Assembly (NCBI GenBank): GCA_964016885.1
Contig: OZ024742.1
Coordinates: 158,534,001 to 158,598,000, forward strand
Length of the DNA stretch: 64,000 nucleotides
Direction of reading: 5' to 3'
DNA from: Eledone cirrhosa
Lineage: Eukaryota
The notes beneath the pieces were generated by a model. It saw only the letters and a program-made list of their open reading frames with translations, was not told the origin of the DNA and did not search any database. The translations under genes were made by a program, and so were the position numbers. Positions 39,501 to 53,369 of this stretch are shown here, piece after piece; the stretch's first letter is position 1; the number at the start of each line of letters is the position of its first letter.

Positions 39501-40200
39501 GCTTTTCTTTTTTATTTTCTTCTTCCCTTTATCTATTCCTATCACTTCCTTCCACTCCCTATCCTCTTAGCCTCAGTACTCCCTCCCCAGTAAATTATAT
39601 ACAGTATTGGCCGAAAACGCAATACCAACTAATAATAGCAGAGGTTTTAGACCCTAGAGATTTTTTATTACTTTTTACTATCCATTTCTATAATTGTATA
39701 TATTTTTTATTTATTTAGTATCTTCTAATCTCAATTTATTTACCTATTCTATAGGATTGGCCGAAAATGCAATACCAACTAAATATAGCAACTGTTTTAG
39801 ACTCTAGAGATTGTTTATTACTTCTTACTATCCAATTTTATATTTTTGTATATTTTTAATTTATTTATTATCTTCTAATCTCAATTTATTAACCTATTCT
39901 ATGATGTCCCCTCTCTATTTTCTCCAGAACCCCTTTTCGCCTGCTTCCTATCTAGCCTATTTTCATACACAATCCTTAGAATTTGCTGTAGAATTCTCTT
40001 TCAACGCTTGACCGCTCTCCACCCACTCCCTCATTGTTCTACAGGCAAGTTCACCCACCCACTGCCATGAAAGATGTAAGGAATTACCTCTTGAAAAGTT
40101 CGGCTATTTATTTACTTACCGCACTAAAAATTCTAATTCAGTCCAGAAATAGCCGTCGAAACGGCTTGAGCTCTACCGTCGGGGTTAAACATTTTCCTAC
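36565..40200 (-). mobile_element. Naiad-type Penelope-like element 2 with a 3' pLTR (36565-37510) and an inverted 5' pLTR (39440-40200)
   Basis: Coding pieces HSDKT, MDATDSAEVTNLIG, GLYRDDGL, YIHHRSNHP, VTWFNPP, CNCPDRSTCP, VIY..YIGLT..FKSRLYQH. The flanks are diverged reverse complements, and both carry the same internal duplication of about 150 bp. Confidence 0.9.
40088..40170 (+). ncRNA. Variant hammerhead (U3-A8 core) in the inverted pLTR; a more decayed twin lies at about 36680-36760 (-)
   Basis: CTC-TTGAAAA-gttCGGCTATTT...AAATAGCCGtc-GAAA-cggc-TT-GAG. It has a 9-bp stem II and sits where a pLTR HHR is expected. Stem III is imperfect. Confidence 0.55.
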
Positions 40201-40366
<166 letters not shown>

Positions 40367-40407
40367 GTAGGAATGTAAGTGTAAGAGCCAAAGAAGAAGA
40401 AGAAGAC

Positions 40408-40532
40408 CTTTACGGTCTGAGTTCAAATCCTGCCAAGATTAACTTTGCCTTTCATCCTTACGGGGTCGATAAAATAAAATACCAGTAATGCACTGGGTTA
40501 ATTGCTGGCCTTGTGCCAAAAGTGGAAACAAT
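40408..40532 (+). mobile_element. 5'-truncated tRNA-derived SINE
   Basis: B-box, core and tail are present. Confidence 0.85.
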
Positions 40533-41470
40533 GATATACAGTATGAGGGCAACAGAGACTACGTAAAAGTGTATATAAATTTAGACATGTAAACATGCCG
40601 AATTTAAGAATTACCATTTAAATTGAAAAATGATAAATATATTGAATGTATCTTAAAAACTATTTGAGTTCTCATCAAAATATATTTTATTTAATCTTGC
40701 CTGTGGTCTCTCAAAAGTTACCTCCCTTCAACTTGAGGACTCTACGCCCATGATTCACCCAAGAAGAAGAAGAAAAAGAAGAAGAAGAAGAAGAAGATGG
40801 TTCATGATGATTTGAGATAGAACTTATGAAGATATGTGTACAGTTAAACATTTAAGCATACCAGACGCAGCACAATGAAATATAAGTCATTTTTTTTTTC
40901 TTTACATGTGTGCATGAAGATTGCGCTGTTTCGAGTATATTTATAAGTTTAAGTATAAAAATAAATCAATTCGCCCTCAGGATATAGAGCAACATCAGAA
41001 CCGTAATATCCAAGTATCACTAAAATATAGTATTGTATGTATTACAAGATTTAATGCAATATTTAGACCCTTCTTAAAGAAATAAAGGACTGTAATAATA
41101 TTAATACATTATATTTATTCTCTTAGATCTGTTCAATTTGTGCATATTTTACAATTATTTATTTATATTACAAGTATTTCTGATCATTCTGCTTGTTCTG
41201 ATGCGTTTCGTCTTTTTTTACGAGAAACACATTACACCGTTCTACTATGAATTAGATATGTTTTGCTCTACAACTTCGCTTTACTTTCATTCACGATTTT
41301 GAATCTAAAAGGCATGCGGCTTTGAGTTCTAAACTCGTAGTGAATTATACAGATATTGATTTCAATGTTTATCCATATAGATTATTTTCTTTCCAATATA
41401 CTTAAGTGTTTAACTGAACAGCTATTTTATATAAATACACACGCACGCACACACGCACACACGCACACAC

Positions 41471-41521
<51 letters not shown>

Positions 41522-41649
41522 AAGTTATATTTAAAATTGTTGGGTTACAACTAGTAAATATTTATAACTGATATAAAAGCACTCGACAAATACTTGGAGT
41601 ATATTTACAATATTAAATAAATGGAAAACTATATTTATAAAACCATATT

Positions 41650-41715
41650 TATTTCATTATATATATTTCGGGGATATCATATTAACAATATGCTATGCCT
41701 TCATCAGACAAAATA
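41650..41715 (-). ncRNA. Type I hammerhead ribozyme (family D), left arm
   Basis: Reverse complement of 42521-42586. Confidence 0.75.
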
Positions 41716-42121
41716 CAATATAAACAGTTTTATAGATAAATATATTCGACATACCGTAATAAACATCAACTTCATTTGAAGAGGTTCACTCTAGCAGTGA
41801 AAACACAGAGAGAAAGAAAGAGAGAGAGAAAAGAGGGAAATAAGAAAGAAAGAAAGACAAAACGAAGAAAAGGAAGAAAAAGAAGAAAAAGAAGAAATGC
41901 ATGGGACAAAATAGAGAGATGGAAAAATAGATAAAGCGAAGAGCTTCATGTAAAGAGACCGAAAGAGATATATATATATATAGAGAGAGAGAGGAAATAG
42001 AGATAGATACATATATAAATATAGATATAGAAAAATTAGGTAGTGGGAGGTCATTTTTAAATTTTTCTCTCTCTATATCTCTCTATATCTCTCTATATCT
42101 CCCTTACATTAATACTTGAGC

Positions 42122-42156
<35 letters not shown>

Positions 42157-42520
42157 ATGCATCATTGATACACTTACTCAAAATGACCTCCCACTACCTA
42201 ATTTTCTATATCTATATTTATATATGTATCTATCTCTATTTCCTCTCTCTCTCTATATATATATATATCTCTTTCGGTCTCTTTACATGAAGCTCTTCGC
42301 TTTATCTATTTTTCCATCTCTCTATTTTGTCCCATGCATTTCTTCTTTTTCTTCTTTTTCTTCCTTTTCTTCGTTTTGTCTTTCTTTCTTTCTTATTTCC
42401 CTCTTTTCTCTCTCTCTTTCTTTCTCTCTGTGTTTTCACTGCTAGAGTGAACCTCTTCAAATGAAGTTGATGTTTATTACGGTATGTCGAATATATTTAT
42501 CTATAAAACTGTTTATATTG

Positions 42521-42586
42521 TATTTTGTCTGATGAAGGCATAGCATATTGTTAATATGATATCCCCGAAATATATATAATGAAATA
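42521..42586 (+). ncRNA. Type I hammerhead ribozyme (family D), right arm
   Basis: TATTTTGT-CTGATGA-aGGcATAgCATATTgttAATATGaTATcCCc-GAAA-TATATA-TA-ATGAAATA. Stem I contains G.U pairs. Confidence 0.75.
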
Positions 42587-43309
42587 AATATGGTTTTATA
42601 AATATAGTTTTCCATTTATTTAATATTGTATATATATATATATATATATATGGGCTGCTCAGTTAGTGTGGGAGGGGGGTCTTTGCATTTGCGTATTTAT
42701 ATGTAATTAACCTCTTTTTTACTATTTTCTTTTTTTTTTAGAAAGTATATTGATAGTGTATTTCAGGATTTCAATCTCGGTCGAGATAATTTTTAGAATA
42801 CAGAAATTAATGATTATGTTGAGATAGAAATATTGAGGTAATACCTAACGAACTATAGTTAAGATAAAGTAAATTCCTTATATATTTCAGCTTTAATTGG
42901 TTGAAATTATGAACGGAACACTTTGATGTAAGAAATAAACTGGAAAAATACGCAAACTGCTTTGACATAATTGTAGTCACGCTGTGTTTCAATGACTAGT
43001 ATGTATGCTCAAGAAAAGATTGGCTGGCAAAATGCATGTATTTAACGGGGGATAAAATGGCCTTTGCCGGAATAAAATGGATTAGAGAGTTTGGGCTAAT
43101 GAGAGCGCATCTACATGATCACTTGAGGTATATGAAATAGAAACGAAATTTCACCAAAATTGCACAATTTCCGTCTTAAAAAAGAAATTACAATGAAACT
43201 GTTGTGAATAAAGTTGTGTTGGTCTGGTTGCAAGGCTTTTGATCTGAAATGAGTGTTGAACTGGGGTTAAATGATTACATCAGTGAGATGTTCTTATCAT
43301 TTATCTACG

Positions 43310-45255
43310 GCATTGAAGTACGACTCTTTACCTTCTAAGTGCAAATCCCGTCTAGGGCGACTTTCCGTCTTAGTTCAGTAAAATAAAGTACAAGTTCTGA
43401 GGGCGATATAATCTATTTTCCGCAACCAACAAAGTATTGGTCTTATGCTTAAATTAGAAACCATTTATCGTCAGATTAACTTTGTGTATGAGCATAGGCA
43501 TTGCCATCATGACCTGCACTTCTAGGGCTACATTATCTCATATGACCTTCCACTATTTAAAGACAGCGATGTGTGATTTGTTTGAAAATGATATGGCTGT
43601 TATATCTATGAAATTGAGCGTTCACGTGGAGTAGATGAATACGATAGACTAGTCTGTTAAATAAAAACATAGCTGCCAAAATACATATTTCATGGCTTCT
43701 ATAAAAGTGTGATAGAAACAGAATTTAACTATAACATATTGGAAACAGCGATATTCTGTAGAACGATACAACTGCTGAATAACTATCACAATGCGCATCA
43801 TGATAGTCAAGAGTTTATTGTCTGTTTTTATATATCGCAGCTCAAACATCCCGTCAGAACTGTGCGTCTCTCTGCAAGTCATAACATATTATAACATGTT
43901 TACTGTTGTTTAAGTGCCAGTGTAGTTTCAGATGTTGCGGTTCTGGAACAACGATTTGTAAAGCTGCAGCGTTAGACACATTTATTTTAGTCGATTCTGC
44001 AATGCGAAGCTATTTTATTACCATCCTATCTGTATACCGAAATGGAAAGACGTAAAGTAAACTGAACATTTATGTTTTTAAATTTTTATTATACTTTCAT
44101 ATTCAGACATAAACTATCCATTCTTGACATAGACGTTTAATAGATCAATTTCAGTCATATTACATCACGTATACAGAGTCCATGAATAATGATTTCTAAT
44201 TTAAGCACTATGCCAACAATTTGGAGAAAAGGGGTAATTCGATTACATTTTATTTTCTGGAATAAAGAAAGGCAAAGCTGAACTCAGCAGCATTTAAGCT
44301 CGGAGTGTATACAGACGTAACTAAAAGCCACAAAGCACTTTTCCGACGCTGCTTCACCAATAATGGCAGTCCATTGCCGTGTTGAGTCCAGTAATAATAT
44401 CAATTCTCTCTCCGATAACCCTGAAAATAAACAAATTGTTTTCCAATCTCACCTTATATAGACCTTCATGTTATTGTCCTTTACATTGAAATAATTAGAT
44501 CTCAACAATCTCTTTCTCCAAAGAAACTTGCTACTAATTTCATAGAAAACATATTACAATGTTCTGTGATGAACGGGAATGTCGCGGCTCTAGCTACCGC
44601 TATATCTTGATATAGCTAATAACATTAATTTAGAAATAACTTTGAAGGTAATTTTCGCAACTTTGGTTGTTAATACTCTTGAGAAATATATGAATATCAA
44701 GGTTTCTCTGTCCTCTTTTCTTACAATTGTGTGTTATTGTATATAGCTGGAAATCAAGATCGAGACAGGCTATAATAACATAGAAGACCGTATACATAGA
44801 AAAGATAAACATGACTTACGAAAAACCATTGTGTGAAATACATTAACTAAACAGAAACTAAATGTTTCAATAATTTGAAAAATTAGGTTTGCTTCGTAGC
44901 TTATATATTTTTCCCCCAACAAGACCTGAAATAAACAGCTTTCTAACTTAAATCACATCCTTCTAACTTTAAAAGGAATTGCATGTATGTATGGATACGT
45001 AACTCCCTATAGATTCGTAGGGGCACCGATGTGTCGTACGATGTGACTTCGGCAATTTAAATCTGGCAGAACCAATCAACTCTCCAGATCTGAATACAGC
45101 TGTTTTCTTCCAGAGAAGGATACAGAGGGTTAGACAGAGGAAGAGAAAAAATCGACTTGTACTTTTTTATCGACCCTCAAAGGATGAATGGCAACGTTGA
45201 AGGTCTATGGAACACATTCTATCCAACATTTTAATGATTTTACCAACACTTTACC
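43310..45255. mobile_element. Several old, diverged SINE copies (43310-43465 +, 44185-44378 -, 45155-45255 -)
   Basis: Recognisable core remnants such as GAAAGGCAAAG.TGA.CTC and TATCGACCC. Confidence 0.6.
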
Positions 45256-46393
45256 TTTGAATGGAATTACACACTCTATAATATAGTCCAAAATATATTA
45301 TGATTAAAATAAGACAGGCGGATGGCCTGGGGGCTAAACAATATCAACGGTATATATAAATGGATTGAAAATAACAACTTTTCATTTTTTTCTCTTATTG
45401 AAATACATTGAAATTATTTTTATATATTCTGCTTTCATGTTATTATATCTGCCCAACGTAATTTGTATGTCTTTGTTTTAGTATATTCTTTTTTGTACGT
45501 ATATGTTTTAAAGCTATACTTTAAAATGAAATAACTTCAACATTAAAACTAGTCTAATTTCGTTATCAATAATCTCAATTTCATATCAAAACCCACAAAA
45601 CATGCCTTTATTAGAATCGAAAAAAAAAATGTTATATGATTCGATTATTGCACTTTATTCATAAAGTTACATGTATACGTTCAACGGCGGTTTTATAGAT
45701 ACGAACAGCAAGTTTTAGCAACATTATTTTAGTATTTTTCTGGTCTCTGTTTATCTAAATTTGATTTTATATTCAAATTTTATTTTAAAAGTCTGTTCTA
45801 TTCTTTCTTGTTTTTGTCCTATTTTTGAAATTGTTTTTCCTTTACTTATTTTTATTTTACATTATGTTCTTTTTCTTCGCACTATAAAACCTATGCTCAG
45901 TTTTTAGATTTCATATCAGGAGCATAGTTGATTGAATCGATCTCAACATACAACAATATTACAAATATTTCATCAGCACCGAATGAAATAAATGGAATGT
46001 AAAGTAAAATTTTAACTTGAGGTGATTTCAAGTTCAGAATTCAAACTCTGATGTTATAGACTTTTCTTTTTTTATCTAGTAGATGAAGACAAAATTCAAC
46101 ATGGCAAGATTTAAATAGAAAAGAAGTAAAAACAATAAATGTAATATATTTAGTGTATTTAGTTCGTCACTCTCTTATGTTTTGGCTGTTTTTATCGTGA
46201 GGTAGATGCGTGACTTCCTGTAGATAGTGAGCGGGTGATGACAATATACATGTTTTAGTTCTTGGTTGACACAACTTCCCTTTTCATTTACTGAAGTTGT
46301 ATGAACCTTATATTATATTTCCCATTTCCTCAAATGCATACACGGCATATGTAACCAAAAGAAACAAACGTTCACAGTTTTCTTTGTTCTTTT

Positions 46394-46470
<77 letters not shown>

Positions 46471-46471
46471 A

Positions 46472-46564
<93 letters not shown>

Positions 46565-47089
46565 AGAGATATAGATATATAAATAAATATACACGGGTGT
46601 GTATTATTGTGTATAGAAGATTATATTAATAAAAGGAATTCCAACATATATATATGTCTATCTACCTACCTCTTTCTCTCACTCACACCCACCCACACAC
46701 ACACACACGCTCTCTCTCTCTCTCTTTCGTTCTCTCTACGTGATCATGTGTATGTATGCCCGTGTCTGTATGTGTGTGTGTGTGTGTGTGTGTGTATGTC
46801 GGTCCGTCTCTGTATGCGTCTATGTGTGCTTATTCAAACTTAATCATGTAATGTGTAGAAACAAAATTGATATTTGCCAACGGGTGCTACCAATACTACT
46901 ACTCCTACTATCAGCAGCAATTATTTTCTTTCTCTTTTATGATTTCAATCTAATAATATGTTGATACAGTATGTTTAAAAAGTATGAATTTAAATCATCC
47001 AAGACTTTTACCATTTATATAAACCCTTATAGATGAGGACGAATGAGGGTTGGGAATTGATAGTGGCGTAAGAGCATAGGAGAAATGTT

Positions 47090-47325
47090 TTCTTTTTTTG
47101 CTCACCCCCAAGCCTGGCAATAACACCACTAAAATGCAGATGCTTGCTGAGAAGGGAAATAGATAAGACGAAGAGAATATAATCCAAGGAGGGAGAAGAT
47201 TACGGTTGAATTTTTTCAAATTGCAGTAGTCAGGAAAGTAGGAATCTAGAAGCGAATTCCATAGACGAGATGTGCGAAGGAAGGAATAGAATTTGCGATT
47301 ATATTTAGGAATGAGATCTGGCCTC
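47090..47325 (-). mobile_element. CR1/Jockey-group LINE extreme 3' remnant
   Basis: FYSFLRTSRLWNSLLDSYFPDYCNLKKFNR resembles the SF.PRT..LWNSLP...FP..NL..FK..NR terminus. Confidence 0.65.
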
Positions 47326-48900
47326 CAATCTGATGGTCCGATTAAACTCCAGAAGTCGGGGCGACAAATAAGAAAGCTCATCAACACAAATATCATGAAA
47401 ATATGTATTAAAGGCAAAGAGAGGCAATATTTCGACGGTGTGATAGTGATTGAAACTGACATGATAGGCATTGACGATTCTTCTTTGTTTCTTATCTAGA
47501 CTCTCAAACTGCACGACAGAAGCTCCAGACCATATGTAGCAGTAGTACTCAATAGCAATATATGTTGTGAATATTTATGTTCTGACTTCAAATCCCGCCG
47601 AGGTCAACTCTTCCATTCATCATTCGGGATCGGTAATAATAAATAATCGACTTACACTTCCCCACAATTTTCTGGCTTTTTACCTAACTATATGGGTTTA
47701 TGTATGCATCTTTGTGTGCACATATCTGCGTGGTGCAAGCATATCTGTAGTGCGCCTTGTTAAAGCCGGACACCTTGCTTAACTGAACTCGCAACGCCAG
47801 CTCGACGACACGGGATGGCAACATGCCACTCTCATTGTTAGATACGGTTGACTTGGCCTTTATCTCTTCCCCTTACATTACCATTGAATGCATTTCTTTC
47901 CCCACAAGTTTCCTATCGATGCCTAATCAACAGGTTTCTCCACAACAGCGCAAAACTTACCACGATCAAGATATGCACCTAGACCCAACTTGGCATTCGT
48001 CCTGCAGACATTACATCTGTTTATACTAAATGAGACATCAGACAGTGCATCAAAGACTGGGACAACCATGTGCATCTGCTTGACCAACAAAGACTAGCCA
48101 GTACAGCTCGACCTTTCAGCTTTACGGCAGAGCTTGTCTGGTTGCCACATCTTTCTGGACGATGGTTGTCTTGATATTGACGTTTCATTAGTTTTGATCT
48201 CTCAATCTGAGAGCAGCTCAAATGCCGTTCCGTGTCTATGCTTTTGAACTGCACCCTCTGACATACCACCTCAGCGTCTGTCATTTCTCTTGACATACCG
48301 TTCGCGACGGGTTTATACGACGCTGGGATTACCATCAGTGGCATTTGATCAATGGGCGTGTATAAGGGATAGATACAACCTCCAACAGAACCTTCAATGA
48401 CAACGTGAAATAAGTGTTAAACCCAGGCTTCATACACTATCGGCAGCTGTCTCATATATTTATCGTTGAACTCGTTGTTTTGAAACCATCTGGACTATTG
48501 GGTTCCTAACCCTCCTTACTCACTTCTATCAATCCCCATGATTTGAATTGGCTCATTGTGCATCTCCCTCACAATCTTTTGCATTCATCATCATTAATCG
48601 ATCATTGGATTTCATTATAATTTGTTGATAGAGATAGAATATAATGACAGAGGTGGTTAATAAATCTGCTATATAAATGTAGAAATGGTAAAGTGTGTTG
48701 AACTGGGAACTATTTATTTCTGATAGAGGTATTAAATCACCCTAATATTATTAAGAAAGACATGGGTGCTACACATGTTCACTTCTCCAAAGATATAGCC
48801 TTGTTACAAAGTAGGAAGTATTAGAATATTGCATCTGTGCACCCTTATGGCAGAATCCACACACAGCACACGAAATATATGTAGGATGTGTTATCATAGT

Positions 48901-48970
<70 letters not shown>

Positions 48971-49115
48971 AATGGAAGTTTAGTAAAATCGAAGTTTTGG
49001 CTGTGTCCAAGCTAACGATATACAGGAATGTGCGGCAAAGCACTCGATAAGGTTGTGTCACCTTAGAGTAATAACATACGTTAGATAGCCTGACAAATTG
49101 AAAACTGCGGTAGGT

Positions 49116-49155
49116 AATATATACTAAACGGACGGTAGTCCGTTTAGTATATATT
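49116..49155. repeat. Perfect 18-bp stem hairpin with a 4-nt loop
   Basis: AATATATACTAAACGGAC-GGTA-GTCCGTTTAGTATATATT. Confidence 0.95.
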
Positions 49156-49305
49156 GTTGTGGTCGTGTTTTCGTTGGCATATATATATATTCGTCCTTCT
49201 ACTATTATGTTTACACTCTGTTTAGTTCTATACCCCGTTACAGACGGGAAACTATGTATCGAGTGCTCACTTGGGTGAACCTACAGTAACAGCACGTTAC
49301 ACTCC

Positions 49306-49412
<107 letters not shown>

Positions 49413-50084
49413 GTTCAGAGTTTATATCTTGTTATCTTGTTGTATCCGACTCAACCATCTATCCTATCAACTCTGAAAGAAGTTGAACATGTACCATGTG
49501 ATATATTCTAAAAACATTCAATTTGCCACAATTTACTGTTATAAAAGTCACTATTGTTACTAGATTTTCTTTAATTAGTTTAAAAGCGAGAAATGATGCC
49601 GTAAACTGGGTTGCTCTTTTTACAACAGTACAAGTGTGGGTTGCAGGGTTTTATTAAATAACGGAGGAAATTGGCTGGCATAGCAAATATTATTGTATCT
49701 GATTCTGTCCCCCTCCAAAAATCAATAAAATAAAACTATTAAACTATACCCTTTTACCTAGAAATAAACGAATGATCAATATGGTAGATTGTGTGAAGCT
49801 TCTAAGATATTCAATATTATAATAGACAGATATTAGTATGTAGTGTGAGGCATTTTTCAATGACGAGGATCATTCTAAGTGGCTTCAAGCAATAACCTGA
49901 TTGTAGTTCTACAGTAGTCGTTGTAGGAATACTTCACACGCAATTGTATACAATGATAAAGATAGCTCTGGTTTATTCCAAACATTCTGATTGAAAACAT
50001 CTTCGTGTCAGATAAGAAACTGGAGAAACTAATCTTTACATTTGGCAGAATTACAAAGTATACGGTCATTACTATTGTTGTTGC

Positions 50085-50085
<1 letters not shown>

Positions 50086-50133
<48 letters not shown>

Positions 50134-50173
50134 GGTGGTGGTAGAGGTGGTGGTGGTGGTGGTAGTGGTGGCT

Positions 50174-50215
<42 letters not shown>

Positions 50216-50345
50216 AGGGTGGTGGTGGTGGTGGTGGTGGTAGTGGTGGATGTGGTGGTAGTGGTAGTAGTAGTAGTAGTAGTAGTAGTAGTAATGATGG
50301 CGATTATAATTTTGATAGTGTTTCCGGTGGTGGTATTGGTGCTGG
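50086..50345. repeat. Compound (AGT)n/(GGT)n trinucleotide repeat
   Basis: Directly visible; it is the source of the poly-Ser/Gly and poly-Val ORFs. Confidence 0.95.
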
Positions 50346-50599
50346 TGGTAATGTTGGAACGGTACGCTTACTGTCCGTGGTGGTGCCGATGGTGGTTGTC
50401 TTCGATTTTAGAAATGCTCTAAATGTTATTAGATTCTTATCTCATCATAATCCTTTCTTTAAAAGAGAGAGAGAGGGAGGGGGACATTAAACAGTCTATC
50501 AAAGAGCACGATGTTCATCGACTCAATATTGGTTGGCATGGAATATATTTCACCCAGTTACAAGTCTAGCTTACTATGGAATTAACAAATGTTTCTTTC

Positions 50600-51352
50600 A
50601 ATATAATATAACATAATATAGTTATTAATATGTATGTAGCATTTAAGTGCGGTGGATTGTCAGATTTGCTACAGCGTCGGACACCATGCTTTGCAAGCAT
50701 ATATTTACGGTCCTTTACGTTCTGAGTTCAAATCCCGCCGAGGTTAACTTCGCGTTTCATCCTTACGGTGTCGATAAAATAGTACCAGTAATGCATGGGG
50801 TCGATTTAATTGATTCCTCCACCCCACCCCAAAAAATTGTTGGTTGGCCTAGTGCTTAAATCAAAAATCAATATATATAACAAAACATAATATAGTTATT
50901 AAAATGCATGTAGCATTGAGGGTGGTGGATTGGCAGTATCGGTTGAGGGCTTGTAGGGCTACGCCTTTTTACGATCTGAGTTCAAATCTTTGCCGAGGTT
51001 AACTTTGACTTTCATCCTTGTGGGGGTCAATAATATAAAGTACCAGCAATGCACTGGAGTCGATTTCATCAACTTTCCCCTCCCCCACAATTGTTGGCCT
51101 TGTGCCCAAATCAGAAACCAATGTGTATGGAGCATTTAGGGACAGTGGTTGTTTGCTAAAGCGTTGGACAACATGCTTTACGGCATATAATTACAACCCT
51201 TTACGTCCTGAGTTCAAATTCCGTCGATGTTAGCTTTGCCTTTCATCTATACAGGGTTGATGAAATAAAGTACTAGTCACGCACTGGGTTCGATTTAATC
51301 GACTTTCCCTTCACCCAAAATTGCTGGCCTTGTGCCTATATAAGAAACCATT
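50600..51352 (+). mobile_element. Three head-to-tail tRNA-derived SINE copies with a co-duplicated upstream flank
   Basis: SINE heads at about 50645, 50918 and 51138. Each is preceded by a variant of ATGTAGCATT, and the first two share ACATAATATAGTTATTAA. Confidence 0.85.
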
Positions 51353-52298
51353 ATCCCACATACAACCTCTCGTGAAATATGGGATGACTTTAGGTGAGAT
51401 TCATAAAAATGATGTAAACACTCTCGCCCGTAACACGGAGGAGTAAAGAGCCCAATACGTAGACTTGACCGACCGTCTCCTTTTCATGCTGGTCGCCGTC
51501 CAGACTTTTGGTTTCTTGATCACCGAACTACCGTTTTTCTCTGCAAAACTTTGGAGGAGGTCATCTTGCCTAAAGAATAAGCCCCATGAGACGGAGTGGC
51601 TGATGCTGTATGGGTCGTTCGCTGTCCCTCATGGCTCTGCATTTTCCATATTGTCCGAGGAACACAGTTGAGTTATGCCACCTAGCCTGAGGTATAGAGT
51701 CTGTCGATTCCTCCCCGTCCCCTTATTTCCGCTACTTAATTTATTTCGGAAGCAGGTTTAGAAAAGTCTATCCCTTGGAATTACAGGTTCAATTTATTTT
51801 TACAAGCTGGGTGAGCATAAAATCATATATATTATATGTATATGTTTTTGTACATGTTTAAGTGAACTGTATATGTGTGTGTGTCAATGAACATGTAATC
51901 ATATATTATATGCGTGCCCTATACGGTGTGTGCGTGCGCGTGAGCGTGTGTGTGAGAGAGAGAGATAGTTTGCGTGTGTGTGTGTGTCCATATATATATA
52001 TATATAAATATATATCTAAGAAATGGAAAACCGGGGTTTTTCGAACGAAGTCCTTTGCGAGGACGAAATCATTTCTGCAGAGTTACAGATGATCTCTTGT
52101 TAACAATGACCTTTTGTAAACCTGAAACATACAATAAATAAATCGATTAATTAATTAATTAATTAATAATCCCACTTTTTCATAGCTTTTATATGAAACT
52201 ACACATTTAAAATGGTGTTTTTAATGATACTGTATATAACTAGATTATGTATTCTGATTTGATTCCATGGTATACAAGGCGAAATCTCTCACTCAATG

Positions 52299-52385
<87 letters not shown>

Positions 52386-53369
52386 GGTGATATAATTATA
52401 TATATTCGCTTAGAACATTCTAAAGAAATGTGTTGTTTATTTACCATCTAAAGTTTCGACAATTAATTTTCACGTAAAATATATTTAATTTAAAATAAAT
52501 TTGATTAAAAAGGAATTTAATGTAATTAATTTAATTATCGAGGTTTTCAAAAGTATGCAGAAACCAAAGAAAGTGAGTTGGCAAAATCGTTAAATCGTCG
52601 AAAGAAATTGACTTGCAATATCTATTCTCTATCTTTGCGTTCTGAGTTCAAATTTCGCCGCGAGTAAGAATATCTTCCTCCCTACCTCGCACTAGTCACA
52701 AAGGCCCTGATAAGCGTCATTGGCATTGTCCTACCTCCGACCAAGAGTTTAAAATAGCGCATACAATTGAGAGGGGATTCCTGGCAAAAAAATTCCTATC
52801 TGTGACTTTTTTATCTTAGGAATCATGCTAGCTCTGTCAGTAAATGCGGTAGGATTTATAATTTTTACATCTAAGTCCTCATTACAACTCACTACCTTTC
52901 AAACTAAATAGGGGAAACATAATACTAGTTATATCTTCTTCAAATCCCAACCAAAATGACTTGAAAAAAAAAACGAATATTCATTATGTTAATGTATCCT
53001 CTGATTTACTATGGATGAAAAAAGACGATCTGATGTCGGTATTAATACAGTTGATGAGATAACTACTACAAAACTACAATTTGAGTTCCAGTTCTGTCAG
53101 TCTTCTTTTAAGACAGGTTATGACGTTCATTTCACAATTATTAGGTCCTAGATTTGATCTCACTGTGTGATATCTTGATCATATAACATTTACTATAGCT
53201 TCCCGTCGACTTTTGACTCTTGAGTGAAATTGGAAGACCGGTGCATGAACTATACCTATAATTCAAAGGCCAGAATTACAATTATATAATATGAAAGTGT
53301 GGAATATTCAGTCATTTACGCGTTAATTTCATGATTAGGCTGTTCTAATGATCAAACTGTACAGGCAAT

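Larger units (their letters stand above)
41606..42630. mobile_element. Non-coding head-to-head inverted element: arms of about 450 bp (41606-42057 / 42180-42630) with one HHR per arm
   Basis: The arms are almost perfect reverse complements (the track ORFs 41791-42054 and 42224-42445 share an identical 73-aa translation). The spacer is about 120 bp. Confidence 0.9.

Noticed and set aside
40920-40990. Hammerhead-like CTGAGGG...GAAACAGCGC on the minus strand
   Set aside because: Core A9 is mutated and stems I and III do not pair; a possible relic only.
47780-48350. 107-aa ORF (48021-48344) and GC-balanced neighbouring sequence
   Set aside because: No recognisable domain. Faint CxxC and ERN motifs hint at an old LINE remnant but are too weak to call.
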